This document shows, in pieces, positions 43,003 through 57,027 of a stretch of DNA of 64,000 nucleotides. Made by a program: the position numbers and the translations under genes. Below the pieces are notes generated by a model, which made no database searches, had not been told where the DNA came from, and was given only the letters and a program-made list of their open reading frames with translations. The stretch spans positions 74,834,001 through 74,898,000 of the forward strand of contig OZ024743.1 in NCBI GenBank assembly GCA_964016885.1. The letters are read 5' to 3'. Position 1 is the stretch's first letter, and every line of letters starts with the position of its first letter. The stretch is from Eledone cirrhosa. Its lineage: Eukaryota.

Positions 43003-43033
<31 letters not shown>

Positions 43034-43053
43034 CACATACATACATAAATGTG

Positions 43054-43089
<36 letters not shown>

Positions 43090-43202
43090 CATACGTAAAT
43101 GTATATATATATATATGTATATATAATACATATATATATATATGTTTATGTTTTAACTATAATACACATATATATAGATATATAGATATATATATGTATA
43201 TA

Positions 43203-43250
<48 letters not shown>

Positions 43251-43622
43251 CATACATGTGTGTGTGTGTGTATGTATATACATATTCATATATATATATA
43301 CAACTTTCAAAAATTTGTCGTAGTAGTTGCCACGTCATAATTACCATTACTTATTTAACATTTCCTAATTATCATAGCTTTAACTTTACACCAGGATGGC
43401 ACGTAATATGGCTACCATCAAATATGGCTACCATCAAATATGGCTACCATCAAACGTATTATTAAACAGCATGTTCGCCTTTCAACAGTTTATATCCATT
43501 AAATTATATTTACCATCTTCAACCAAGAGTAAACCGACGAGAAATCCTGTTAGTCACACACTTTCTCAAATAAAATTAATATAGAGGTGTCTGTGTATGT
43601 TTGATTGTAAACACACACACAT

Positions 43623-43660
<38 letters not shown>

Positions 43661-43664
<4 letters not shown>

Positions 43665-44507
43665 ATACAATAACAGAGATAGTTTAAAACTAAACTCTGA
43701 CTGGTAACCATCTCACTCAACAAACATTAGGTTATATTTAAATATAAACCCAATTTTAGTGTTTGGGGTGCTAACAATATGTATAATGTGGAAAAACCAG
43801 TTGTATTATTTTATGAGATATAATTAAAGTTAAAGTATATCTCTTTCCAAACAATTGTTTCATTGTAAGTTTTCTACAAGTTGGGAGAATGTTTCCAGTT
43901 TATGTAGAAGCCTAATATATATTCATGTAAGAATATATTTAGGTGGGCACTTATAAATCATCAGTGGAAGCCCGTTAAACTTTGATATAAGAAAATAATT
44001 TCTTACCCCTGTCAAAAAATCGTGTCCGTAAAGTTACTCTCTCTCGCCTCGAATGACCGCCAAATTTGAAATTCCAGCAGTTTTGGGCTGAGGAAGTATC
44101 ATAGCGACACGAAGCGGGAAGGGGAGACAACCCACGATCCACGAAATGAGGAAAAAAATAATAATATACACGCGGGTTAATTAATTTTTTTGAAAACATT
44201 ATCAATCCAACGTGTTTAAGAACTCAATTGAAAATAAAAAAATGAATATATGCTTGTATAAATTACACACGCATATAGATATTTTTCTTAGGCTAAATCA
44301 GAAGTTGTACCCGAATAAGAACCGCTTCTCATAACCGCAGTAAATGCAGAAAGTTATGCTATAAAGGGCAAATTGGAATATAATTCTCCGGCCGAATTAA
44401 GAGTAAAATATAAAACACACGCGGGTTAATTAGTTATTTCAAAACCAATATTAATTCCTCGTGTAAAGAACTCAATTAATAAAAGAAAATAAATAAGTAT
44501 ATGCATG

Positions 44508-44510
<3 letters not shown>
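43661..44510 (-). mobile_element. Family E non-coding repeat with degenerate HHR-like motif (43870-43968)
   Basis: Minus strand CTGATGA-tttat...ataaactg-GAAAC-a...t-GTA-gaa; (TA)n on both sides. Confidence 0.75.
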
Positions 44511-44566
<56 letters not shown>

Positions 44567-45011
44567 AAATTTCAGGTTATCAATAATGTAGTGATAATAT
44601 ATCGTTACGTTAGAGATGAACAGCGTACGTGTAGGTTTGCTCAACGAGTATAAATTATATTCCGGAGAAAATGTAGAAAAGATGAATATAAAATGAAAGT
44701 GCTTTTTTTTTAAAAAGGAATTTATTAGGTATTGACATATGTTTCTGTAACAGACGGAATACCTATGTATCGCTGCTTGCGTAATCATATAATGTTAGCA
44801 AGTATTCGATAGCAAATGTATAATCAGTTATAATATCACTTCTTCAGAGATATTGGATAAATTGGAAAAAATCAGAAAAATTGAAATATTTATATTAGTT
44901 GTAATAAAGAAGGAGGAGAGGGGATAGTATATGACAGATGGCAATTCAATTTACTGGTAAACAAGTATATAAAGGGTTTCTAATGAGAATACGCATTTTC
45001 ATTTTATATTC

Positions 45012-45117
<106 letters not shown>

Positions 45118-45123
45118 CATATA

Positions 45124-45235
45124 GTTGAAAAAAATGAAAACGAAATTTCATTTCTCACTCTTAGTATGGCACTTACTTAAATGTAAGTATGTATGTATAC
45201 GTACATACATATATGTATACAGACGTACAGTAGCA

Positions 45236-45299
<64 letters not shown>

Positions 45300-45743
45300 C
45301 ACATATGCATACAGGTACACATACATATATGCACGCATCAGTTTAGCCGACGTTTATTATAACGCAGCTTTGTTCGCTTGTTTGTCAACAAACAGAACAG
45401 CCTGAATTTATGCCATACGGTGTTAAGGCAACCACGTCACCTTTTTGTTCAACACTGACACAGGAACGATGTACTAGTTTCAAGCTTGTTAGCTATCATC
45501 AGCACCGTTTACCCATCTGCCAGATAGTTGAACGTTCGAAAGTATATACTTTCCTTATGAAAATTAACGGCTGAGCAGCCTAATTTGCATATTGAGTGAG
45601 TTAAATCGGTCAGGCATACCGAAAACGACAAGTTGAAAAAAATGAAAACGAAATTTCATTTCTCACTCTTAGTATGGCACTTACTTAAATGTAAGTATGT
45701 ATGTATACGTACATACATATATGTATACAGACGTACAGTAGCA

Positions 45744-45815
<72 letters not shown>

Positions 45816-45975
45816 CACATATGCATACAGGTACACATACATATATGCACGCATCAGTTTAGCCGACGTTTATTATAACGCAGCTTTGTTCGCTTGTTTG
45901 TCAACATATATATATATATATATATATGCATGCTACTGTACGTCTGTATACATATATGTATGTACGTATACATAC
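45124..45975. repeat. 508-bp-period tandem duplication followed by an inverted partial copy
   Basis: 45124-45389 equals 45632-45906; 45925-45975 is the reverse complement of ~45190-45240. Confidence 0.8.
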
Positions 45976-45987
45976 ATACTTATATAC

Positions 45988-46020
<33 letters not shown>

Positions 46021-46157
46021 TGTGCGTGTGTATGCATACATATATATATATACGCGTGTATCTGTGCGTACAAGCGAGTACACACACACACATACACACA
46101 CACTGAAACACATACACACACACACACATACACACACACACATATATATATATATAT

Positions 46158-47975
46158 TGAGCACCTCCGGGATATTCGTCTCGGTGGTAGTTCACCCATC
46201 GCCCGCCACTTTGGTGGCCCTGGACATTCCGCACTCCATCTCACAGTCTGTGGCCTACTCCAATGCCACGGAACACCCGCCAATCGCCTTAGAGTCGAAC
46301 AAAGAACTATCTTCATCTTACAGACCCACACTCCCCCCGGCCTGAACTCCCCACCCTTATTCCTTTAGCCTTCGACCGCCCCCCTCCCCCCACACTTATC
46401 CCCCACTAACACCACTAACACTAACACCACTAACACACCGCCCACCCCACAACTAACAATACTAACACATCCACTCCACCCCTCATCCGACCACCCTTCC
46501 CCAACTAACATACTAACATCCCTCCCTTCCTCTCCTCCTCCCTCCCTCCTTATCACACGCACACACCCACCGGCACATATATACACGCGCTCACACTAAG
46601 CACACACCCTACTACCACCACTAACCCTCACTCTCACACCTCCATCCCACCACCCCGCAACTAACCTCACTAACACCCCCTGACCCCAAGCACACGAACA
46701 CACGCACCCACTTACACCACCCACCCCACACGCAACTAACATCACTAACACCCCCCAACCCCACGCACACGTACCCACACACCCTCATACACCACCAACT
46801 CTACACACCCTACCACCACTAACCCCCACTCACATCTGCATTCAACCCTTTCCCCACCTCCCGTATACTAACACCCACTAACACCCCCTTCATCAAACTA
46901 CACACACACCAGTACACCACACTCCCTCCATAGAACTACACACACCCTTCTCTCCCCGCTCCACCCACACCCTCGCTCCACACTCACTCATCCCACTAAC
47001 ACCTCTACTAATACACACACACACGCTCCTCACTCCAACTTTCACACCTACCCATCCTCGCCCCTTTACCATTCCACCGACTGCTGCTATGCCCTCTGAC
47101 CACCTCCCAGCACAAACAGACACACAGCATTCCCACCGCTTGACCACTTCCTGTTGCGCGCGCACCCCACATCTCTCCTCTTCCGACCATCTCTTCATGG
47201 AATACTCGTATGTGGAACTTGACCACCACGGAATCTACTAAACATCATAGGAATTTACCAACATTTCAACCATCCTCTTACGGAATCACCTATATAACTC
47301 ACCCACACACACACCCAAAAAAATGTTTTCTCCCACACGCCACCTACACCCACAACACGCTTAAACCCCACACACACGTGCTTTCCACCACATATTTACA
47401 CCCTCAGCCTCCTGATTCCTCTCCCCCCACCCCTCTATCCACACACGCACAGACACGCGACCTACAACTCCCCCACACACACACACACCTCTTCCTGAAC
47501 ATGCAACCGCGTTCTTCCCCCAACCCTTACTTTCACATACACACACACACACACACACACGTACACCTACACACACACACCACCTTCAGCCCTCTCCGCT
47601 CGGACACCCCGTCTCCCTCTCCCCACTCCACCCGCCACCACCCCTACACACCCCACACCCTTCCACCACCTGTTTTACCCCTTTTTTAATTTCAGTTTAT
47701 TTTGATCATGCTTTTATATTTATTTTTATTTCATTTCTTTTATTTTGATCATGCTTTATTTTTATTTTTAATTTCATTCGCACCGTTTCCTTTCGCTATA
47801 TGTCTCTCCACCACTCCCCTACACACCCTTTGAACTCTGTTCCCACACACTTCTCACCTGAGGAAGGGCTTATGTCCGAAACGTCGTTCCCCACCACCAC
47901 CCCACTCTCCAGAGCGTGAAATTAATAAACATTCGTTGTACTGCCTCTCTGTTTTGTTCCTGTTCAAATTTTTCC

Positions 47976-47980
<5 letters not shown>
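46158..47980 (+). mobile_element. PLE 3' fragment: GIY-YIG C-terminus (46158-46368), 1.5-kb C/A-rich UTR, terminal HHR
   Basis: EHLRDIR...PIARHF...[19 protein letters not shown]; aataaa after the HHR; flanked by (TA)n. Confidence 0.85.
47856..47887 (+). ncRNA. Minimal PLE-type hammerhead motif
   Basis: ac-CTGAGGA-a-gggc-ttat-gtcc-GAAAC-GTC-gt, with a collapsed palindromic stem III (ACGT). Confidence 0.7.
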
Positions 47981-48044
<64 letters not shown>

Positions 48045-48299
48045 GTGTATGTGTATGTCTATGTGTATGTATGGGTGTGTGTATAGTAATATATTTGTAT
48101 GCACAGAAATAGAAATTGACCGAAACTTAATATGTTTATTCAGAAATGAAAAAAATTATTGATTTTGATTAGATATATTATCAATATTAGAAGTTTATAT
48201 TATTGTTACTTTATCAATCTATAGTAATAAATGTGTGTTTCGGTGCAAGTGTCCGATTATCTTTCTGGCTTCAGTAAATACAAGGTGTAATTATATCTT

Positions 48300-49040
48300 C
48301 TAGAAGATGCTTCAGATTCATTCAACCTCGGTGAACACAGCCTTGGCCAGGAGGTGTTGATGCCATCAGATGGTGTCTAACATTTATTGGGTGTTTCGAG
48401 CCTCAACCGTAAGACCCTCTCGCTTCTGGGTCTGCAATGGTGGCCAAATTACTGCCCATCTTCACCTCCTGGCTTCCATCTCCTCTCTCCTGCTCCAAAC
48501 AGAAGGCCCTTTCTGCTGCCTCCCTCATCCTGCTAGTTACAGCCTTCTCCCTTTCTGTCATTTCAATGGCAGTGAGCATTCTCCATACTGAGTGAGCCAG
48601 GAATGCCTCGCAGCCCACCTAGACTGGAAATAGCCATGCCTGCCAACCATTCTACCCCCACCCCTACATAAGGCATTGCCGCAGTTTCCTTCCCATGGGA
48701 CGTAAGGAAGTTCAATCAGAGTTATCTTTTTTATCTTTTCAGATCAAAGTACAATACCTGTCCTCGGGGATGCTTGAACAAACTGGGGGAAGAACTGCAA
48801 CTTACCTCCCAGATCAAATTGCATGTCCCATTATTGGGCCAGTTGTAGTAGACCACATGTTGTTCTAACTGTGGGATATGTCTGCTATCCCTCTTTCACT
48901 AACCTGATTGATGATGTTGGTTTCCTTCGTGTTTGATGTTTTCTGCGTCTCTCTTGGTCCACATTGTTGGTGTGCGCCATGAGCACCTCTTCGTGGCGCA
49001 AGCTATATCTCCCTTGGGCTACAGCTGCTTTACACCCTAA
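48300..49040 (-). mobile_element. Decayed HERO/NeSL-like non-LTR 3' fragment
   Basis: GCKAAVAQGRYSLRHEEVL, WDMQFDLGGKLQF, LIEL..VPWEGN, GWQAWLFPV.VGCEAF, AAERA. Confidence 0.75.
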
Positions 49041-51244
49041 TTATTAACGTAAATAAATCGCAAAATCAAATATGTCGCTGCAAATTTGTTACGTTCCTCC
49101 GTCACACAAGAAATGTTTGCCTTAAATTATAGGTGATTCGCTACACAAAAGAAACGGTGGAGTATCAGAGAGCCGATAAAAAATGTGATTATTAGTAGAA
49201 AGTAGAACAGATTCGAATCTCATTGAAAATGTTGTGCTGGACTCAAATTATGTTGTAAACATATTATAAAGTTATATAATTTAAGTTGACTTTAGAATAA
49301 CATGAACTGAAAATTATAATGTGAACATACAAAATTATATAATTTACGTTGATCTTAGAGTAAAATGGACTCAAAATTATGTTGTGAATATATAAAGTTA
49401 TATAATCCAATTTTCATCTGTAACAAACCTTATACCCGATTGAAAGACGAACGTTTACATTGCCATCCACCATGCTCAATATAACAGCCAAATCCCTCCT
49501 TTCATAAACCTTAGACTATATAAAATATACCACGATGTCGTACTTGCATTACATTAGTAATGAAACTCTGTCTTTAAGCCGAACAAGCACTTGAGGTATA
49601 TTATATATTCCTAATACAATGTACATATGACTTACAATTGGTGTATCAACAGCTGGTGCAGAGTTAACTTAGTCTACTTAGTAACAACAGACAATAGATT
49701 TTTATTGATACTCAATGTCCGAAATACTTTTGTATTAAAAATCTTTTTAAATCGTATTAAAATGTATTTAGAGAAATGGAGACAGCAATAATTCCAACAA
49801 ACGTGATTTGATTAACGTCATTGATGTAAACTGTTTTCAAAAGTGTTTGTTATCTGGGACTAGTATTGTCGTTTATACAATGGTACAAATATCTTTTACA
49901 TAAATGGAGTTGCAGTACACATTTTTGTTGTTCCTCATCGGTGTAGTCCAAGACATTCATTAATAATAACCGTGCAACTTTCTACCATGTCAATAAGTAT
50001 AGAACTTTTTTTTTTTAATCAACAAAAAGAGGATGTGTTATCTTTTCTCCAGCATTTATTGCAATGACTTACATTTTTAACATTATATCTTGCTTTCTTC
50101 TTCTTGCTTTTTTTCTTCCTTTTTTCTTTTGTTTATTTTATGACTTGACTCTCATGCTATAAGAGCCACCAAACTTTTTCCTTGACGTCACATAGAATTC
50201 TATGTGTACTTGTAGCTTAATTGCTATCAGTTAATGTTTTGTCTCTCGTCTCTTACTTCACTAGGCAGCGTTTGGCTTATGGCAGACGTTGTGATCCCGG
50301 ATGGACCAGCAGTGTCGTTGGTAGGGGTCGAAACTGCCAAAGTCCATCTCAACAGCCGATGATCCTGGACTTCTGTGTCCGCCATTTGTATGTTTATTTT
50401 TTAAGTTTCCCCTTAAAAAGTGGTTTTTCGTTTTGCCTTGTTTCCGATCGCTGTCTTGTCCTCTCTTTGTTGATATTTTTTAAAGTTATTTCTTCTCTTT
50501 CTTTTCTCTCAAACCAATCCCTTTCTCTTCTCTTCTCTTTTATAGCCTACTTTCTTATGCCTTTCTATTTATTTATCTTTTTCTCATAATCCTCTTTAAA
50601 ATGTTCTATCTCAATTAATGAAAGTTAGTGTCATTAGCTACAGGTTACCAATGGGTCATCATGGTTTACTGGAGTTCTCAGGTCGAGTGTATCTCAGGGC
50701 TGAACAAATTTATGAAGGAAACTCGTTCACAAAGCAGAGGCTCTCTCACCTGAAGATATGACTAACAATCATAGCTTGCACTCATGCTACTTACCGAAAG
50801 TCGGTGACTTTATAGACGCACCTTTGTTGATTCTATACTGGGAAGCTAAATAGAATTGGGTAAATGGAAGGCATTGAAAGAATCACATATATTTGCACTG
50901 AATATCAATTATATTTGATATATAAATAACCATTGTTTGGCGTCTGTTGCACACTATTATCTTCTTTCCCTGTTAAAATCTAGTCTCTTGATAATACTTT
51001 GACTATGAAATTATTATAATTGAAAGTTATCTTGAGTATTCGGATAAACATATATGTGATAAGTTCTATCTTGAAATGGAATTATATGATAAATCATAAA
51101 TTGTTGCTAAGCAGATATTTTAGAATTATGCAGGCCATTAAGAATTCCTTTTTCTTTGATTTGCACCCCGGTTTCTTCCAATTTTCTGTTACAAATTAAC
51201 CAAAACATATCTTACATTAAAGGTGTACCTTTATATATCCTACT

Positions 51245-51545
51245 TAATCTCACAATCGTGAGGTTCTGAGCTCGATTCTCGGACCGGTGGTGCGTTGTGT
51301 TCCTCAGCTAGACACATTATTTCGCGTTCTTCCAGTTTACTCAGCTGTAGAAATGAGTTGCAACATCACTGGTTCCCTACTGTATCAGCCATTGACTTTC
51401 CCTTCGACAACATTGATGGTGTGGAGATGAGAGACTGGTGTGTATAGGTGACTGCTGGTCTTCCACAGACACACCTTGCCCAGGCTAGTTCCTTGGAGAG
51501 GAACATTCCACGTGCAAAACCAGGGTCATTTGTGATTGAAGGGGG
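51245..51545 (+). mobile_element. tRNA-derived SINE, 5'-eroded
   Basis: gagctcgattc B-box remnant and ccagtttactcagctgtagaaatgag body. Confidence 0.7.
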
Positions 51546-52133
51546 CCTATGATGATTGGATAACTAAAATGTATAATATATGTTAAAACTGGATATAACA
51601 ATCTCTACGATTAAACTCCTTATTTATTACGAAACTGGAACAGACATACACAAAGTCATATTTGTATCTGAATAGTTAATATTTAAGATGGTCTGACATT
51701 TCTCGCGTGAGTGGAGCACTGATAAAAATTGGAATGAAATAGCTTGCGTGTATATTCCTGATTGTATTTCATAAGAACAAGAAATCTATGCTCCGACAAT
51801 AATCGGACGTCACTGATGTTTCAAAGTTTCAGTAAACAAAACACAACAGATTGAAATATTTTGACATTATACTATAAACCGGCACACTATGTTTGGAGAC
51901 AAATCTAATAGACGGTGACCAACTCTGCTTATATTTGCTACATTTATTTCCTGCCTTCATATTCCTGTCACGGTTTTCGCATATATTTTCGAACGATCAA
52001 ATTGAGATATTTCTATGGATATATATTAGTTTCTATGAATATATGAATATATAAATATATGAATATATGAATATATATATATAAATATATATATATATAC
52101 ATGCATACATATGTATCTCTCTCTATATATATG

Positions 52134-52189
<56 letters not shown>

Positions 52190-52192
<3 letters not shown>

Positions 52193-52382
52193 CGAAGGAA
52201 ATGTGGTAAGGAACCAGGTGGACCATAACGCACCAAAGTACTCAATACTTAGGGTAGTAGAGTGGGTAATAGGAACAAATAAGACCCCGACGGCTGAGCT
52301 CAAGCCGTTTCGACGGCTAATTCAGTACAGAATTAGCCGTCGAAACGGCTTGAGCTCAGCCGTCGGGGTCTTACTTGTTCCT
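52190..52382 (-). mobile_element. Family A fold-back element, copy 3
   Basis: Palindrome 52271-52382 with two mismatches; tail at 52190-52270. Confidence 0.85.
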
Positions 52383-52499
52383 ATATATATATATATATAT
52401 ATACATACATACATATGTATCTATATATATATATATGTATGTGTATATATTTATATACATATGTATATATACGCACACATATATATATACATACATATG

Positions 52500-52631
<132 letters not shown>

Positions 52632-52678
52632 CATATGTATGTATATATATATGTGTGCGTGTGTGTGTGTATATACAG

Positions 52679-52735
<57 letters not shown>

Positions 52736-53325
52736 TGTGGGGGTATGGGATGTGATGGTATCGTAGATGTGTACGATATCTGTGTGTGTATGCCAATGAC
52801 TGCGATAGTGATAGTAAAAAGATAAATTAAAATTTTCTATCATTCATTTTTTTTCCCCAGAAACTGTCAAATGTTGATCGGCTGCTTCTCATGGTGTCTT
52901 GATCTGTCCGTTTATCACGACTCTTCTATTTATCAACCTATCATCTAACAGTTCATTTTAGTAATTCCTTACTTAATAAATATTGAATTGTGTTTTGTCT
53001 TTTATTTAGCTTTCCCCCAATATATGTATCGTATAATGTCGTCTGTTATCAGCTTTTCAGTTTTATTTTGTTTGCCGATACAACTTCTTTCTTATCTCTT
53101 CCTTCACTTGTGTGTGTGTGTGTGTGTGTGTGTGTGTCTGTCTGTCTCTGTGTGTATGTGCGTGTGTGTGTGTATGTGTGTATGTGTGTGTGTGTTTGTT
53201 TGTGTGTCGATCATTCTTTTTCTCTCTCCCTCTCTCTCTCACACACACTCACACACACACACACTCACACATACACTCACACACACACTCACGCACACAC
53301 ACACATACACACACACACACACAAA

Positions 53326-53369
<44 letters not shown>

Positions 53370-54734
53370 ATGTTACTTCCCGTAATGCAACAGAATAAAA
53401 TCATTTGAGATTAGAATGTTGGCAGGATTAATGTCCAAAACCAGAATAAATCATCAGAGAAGAAAGTTATTCTATTTTATAATGTTGTTATTTTCAATCT
53501 CTTTTGTGCTACTCATACCAAAAAGTGGTTTTTAATAAGATTCTTAATGATTTTCAGTTTCAAATAACTCTCAACGATAATCTTTGTAGACAGAATACCT
53601 TTGACTCAAATATTGGCTTTTATAATTAATATTTGTGTTATTTAGTAATTTATACATAATATACATAATATCGATGTCCCACTTTACAACAATTTCACAA
53701 ATATATAAAAACTAGAATTATTTACCTGAATATCTCTCTGTTCTTTTCTTGTATTCATTTATCGATTAGTGTATGTAAAGTGTAACACGAAGAGATTTGA
53801 ACTTATTGATCGTTACTCTAATGAATGTTGTCCCCTGATGTAGAGTTCTTTACACATAAACGCTTCTGTTGATCTCACAACTCTCCATGTGTATATGTAT
53901 GCACGTGTGTGTAAGTGCATGTGCATACATTTATATGTATGAGTATATAAGTATAAAGGCGCAAACACAGACACAATTACAAAAATACACACTCACAGGC
54001 ATACATTCACACAAATACACATATGTTCACACAAACACACACATACATTCACACAAACACACATACACACACATTTACACAAACACACACATATACATAC
54101 ACTCAAACACAGCGTAGCAATTGAAACGCCAGCCACTGCACGAAAATAGCATCACTCTGGGGCATTCACTCCCATATTTATGTTGTAATGTGGGACTGAA
54201 ACCCTCGTTATAAAAAAAAAACTAAACAAATACGTAATAATTACAATTTTGAAAACGAAGAATTATTTTTAAAAAATCAAATGATTAATTTATTAATTAT
54301 TTAATTTTTAGTTTGGTTTAATTATAGTAAGTGAAACAGTTAGATATATTTATACCAAGTTAGATATATTTATACCTTTTTTCACCATCCTTTTCCTTCC
54401 TTTTACACACACATACATTCACACAAACACACACATTGTGTGATGGATGGACAAAAGACGCTCAAATTTATATAGAGATTGAATGTATCATTTCTAGCAC
54501 AAGAAAAAGGTCCGAGATGTAGAGAAATAGGAGCATTCCATGATATCGACCCGAACATATTGTGGTATATCATTCTATAGACCACAGAACAATGAAAGGC
54601 AAAATTGACTTCAGTATTATTCGAACACAGAACGTAAAAATCCGTAACTAAATACTGCGAGTCATTCTTTCTCTCCCGCTAACTGTTCTGTCAATTCGTA
54701 ATGATGTATAGCATATAAGACTTTAAATCGCCAT

Positions 54735-55262
54735 AGTTGGAAGCACTGCAACAGTTTGGAGAAGGAAGCCAGGGACATTGGACTCCTTATAAATGCGGAC
54801 AAGACTGAATACATATGTTTCGACTATGAAGGCACTACAAACTCATTATTTGGTAAACCATTGATAGATGTTGACCAGTTCGCTAATCTTAGAAACAAGA
54901 TCTCGAATCATTGTCTCACTGAAAATGACATAAACAATGGCATTGACAAAGCTTGGGTTACCTTGGTTAAGCTGACAACAATCTGGAAGTCGAAGCTCCC
55001 CAAATAAATAAAACGTGAATTCTTCTAAACAACAGGGAAGTCAGTCCTGTTGTACGGAAGTTCTCTGTGGACACTCACTAAGCGACTCGAGAAGAAACTA
55101 GATAGCATATTACATATTGAATGATCAGAGTTGCTTTAAACATATCCAGGGAGCAGCACACTAAGAAACGTAACTCTATGGCCATCTACCTGCAAATTCT
55201 CACACCATCCGTGAGAGACGAACCAGATTCATGGGGCTCAGTTGGAGGGCAAAGAATGAAAT
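54735..55262 (+). mobile_element. Decayed RTE-like RT C-terminal fragment
   Basis: LEKEARDIGLLINADKTEY, IWKSKL, SVLLYGS..WTLTK.LEKKLD. Confidence 0.75.
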
Positions 55263-55264
55263 TG

Positions 55265-55712
55265 ACAGTGCTGTGCCAACCCTTACCTATGGTCGTGAAT
55301 CTTGGGTAATGACTGAAAGAATATGATTGCGAATACAAGCGGCCGAAATGAGGTTCTTTGGAGTAACGTTACTTAATAGAGTGCATAGCTGGGAGATCAG
55401 AGGGTCACTCCAGGTAGAGTCGCTACTTCTCCGAACTGAGAGATCACAGCTCCGTTACTATGGGAATGTGGTTAGAATCTCTCAGGAAAGAATCGCTGGA
55501 CAGATTTTATGGGTAAAACGAACTAACGGGAGACCCAGGGGTAGACCCCGAGCAAAATGGTTAGATAACATCCATGAACTTGGCTGGTCACGCTTGGCGA
55601 TCCGACCGGATCAGTCGGAGATCGTTGCTTCTGAGAGGACCTCCTTGAAGGAGTGTTTGAGGACTCTGTCCCGAAGACCCTCTCAGGAAGAAGTGGAAGA
55701 AGAAGAAGAAGA
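55265..55712 (+). mobile_element. RTE-like LINE 3' fragment with (GAA)n tail
   Basis: PTLTYGRESWVM..RIQAAEM..ERSQLRYYG..RPRGRPR. Confidence 0.8.
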
Positions 55713-55729
55713 TAGGCGGTGGGGGTGAT

Positions 55730-56017
55730 TTGGAGGGGGGTGATAGTGGTGGTGGTGGTGATGGTGATGGTGGTGGTGGTGGTGATGGTGGTGGTGCTGG
55801 TGGTGATGGTGGTGGTGGTGGTGGTAATGGTGATGGTAGTGGTGGTGGTAGTGGTGGTGGTGCTGGTGGTGGTGGTGGTGTGGTTGTGGTGGTGGTGACG
55901 ACTATGGTGGTAGTATTGGTGGTGTTTGTGGTGTTTGTGGTTTTGGTAGTGATTGTTATGGTGGTGGAGGGTGATGTTTGAGGTGGGTGGGATAGTGGAT
56001 TTGGAGGGGATGGTTAT

Positions 56018-56048
<31 letters not shown>

Positions 56049-56152
56049 AAGAAGAAGAAGAAGAAGAAGAAGAAGAAGAAGAAGAAGAAGAAGAAGAAGA
56101 AGAAGAAGAAGAAGAAGAAGAAGAAGAAGAAGAAGAAGAAGAAGAAGAAGAA
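55730..56152. repeat. (GGT)n-rich tract and (GAA)n microsatellite
   Basis: Direct inspection. Confidence 0.95.
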
Positions 56153-56480
56153 CTATGTTAGCATACATTTCTTATGTATGTATGTATTATGTGTATGTGT
56201 TCTTTTTGGTAAATATCATCTTGGTTAAGAGAGTGGGACTGGCTTTGTGCAGTGCCTTTGCTCACTATAAAAGCTTCACGGCACAGGCATTGCTTTATAT
56301 CTGGAGATTTCTCTGTACTTGCCGTCACATGGTATCATGGGCCCAGCACTATGTGTCAATAATTGTCACAAGTGTAGTGTTTGTACCAGAGTTTTCAAGT
56401 CGCTGGCTGGACTAAAAAGTCACACTCGTTCAGCGCATCGGTAGGGGTTCTCCTACATGGATATAAAGTAGTGGCCGTAC

Positions 56481-56537
56481 TCGAACACGAGTTGGCAGCC
56501 ACCATGTGTAACATGGTGGCTGCCAACTCGTGTTCGA
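56481..56537. repeat. Perfect 27-bp-arm hairpin with 3-nt loop
   Basis: tcgaacacgagttggcagccaccatgt-gta-acatggtggctgccaactcgtgttcga. Confidence 0.9.
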
Positions 56538-57027
56538 TTTGTATGGATGGATGCGTTGATGTATAGATGTACATATATTAAACATCCACTATAACTTGAC
56601 TAATAGATTTAAACCAAGGATTAATTTACTTTCACGTATTAAGTATTTCTTAGTTCTTTTCTGACTTCCATTTGACGATTTTGATGATACGTTCAGAGAT
56701 ATTTGTAAATTCTTGTAGAAATGTGTAAATTAAGTTCGACAGTCGATAACCCTTAAAAACTCAGTTTTGTATTGTAAAGAATTTCTATAATTAACTTCTC
56801 TGCTCCAGAAAGAATCTGAAATAGGTGGTAATAATAGGTTTACGTTAGTAATAAATCTGATTTGATCCTAGTAATTATATTAGTCTCTATATAATTCACC
56901 TTCTGTAGATATCGGTAAAGTGGAAGCTATTTCAACAACTTCAGAAAATCATATTATTTGATTAGACTTTGACTGGAAATGGAAAATTGCAAAGTAAATA
57001 TATTCTACTACTTAGCTTTCCTTTGGT

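Noticed and set aside
48355-48410. Type II HHR-like order (GAAAC...CTGATGG) in the HERO 3' UTR
   Set aside because: The core is mismatched and the stems are not convincing.
55730-55981. Gly-rich ORF with hydrophobic tail
   Set aside because: It is a (GGT)n low-complexity tract with no ATG start or splice support.
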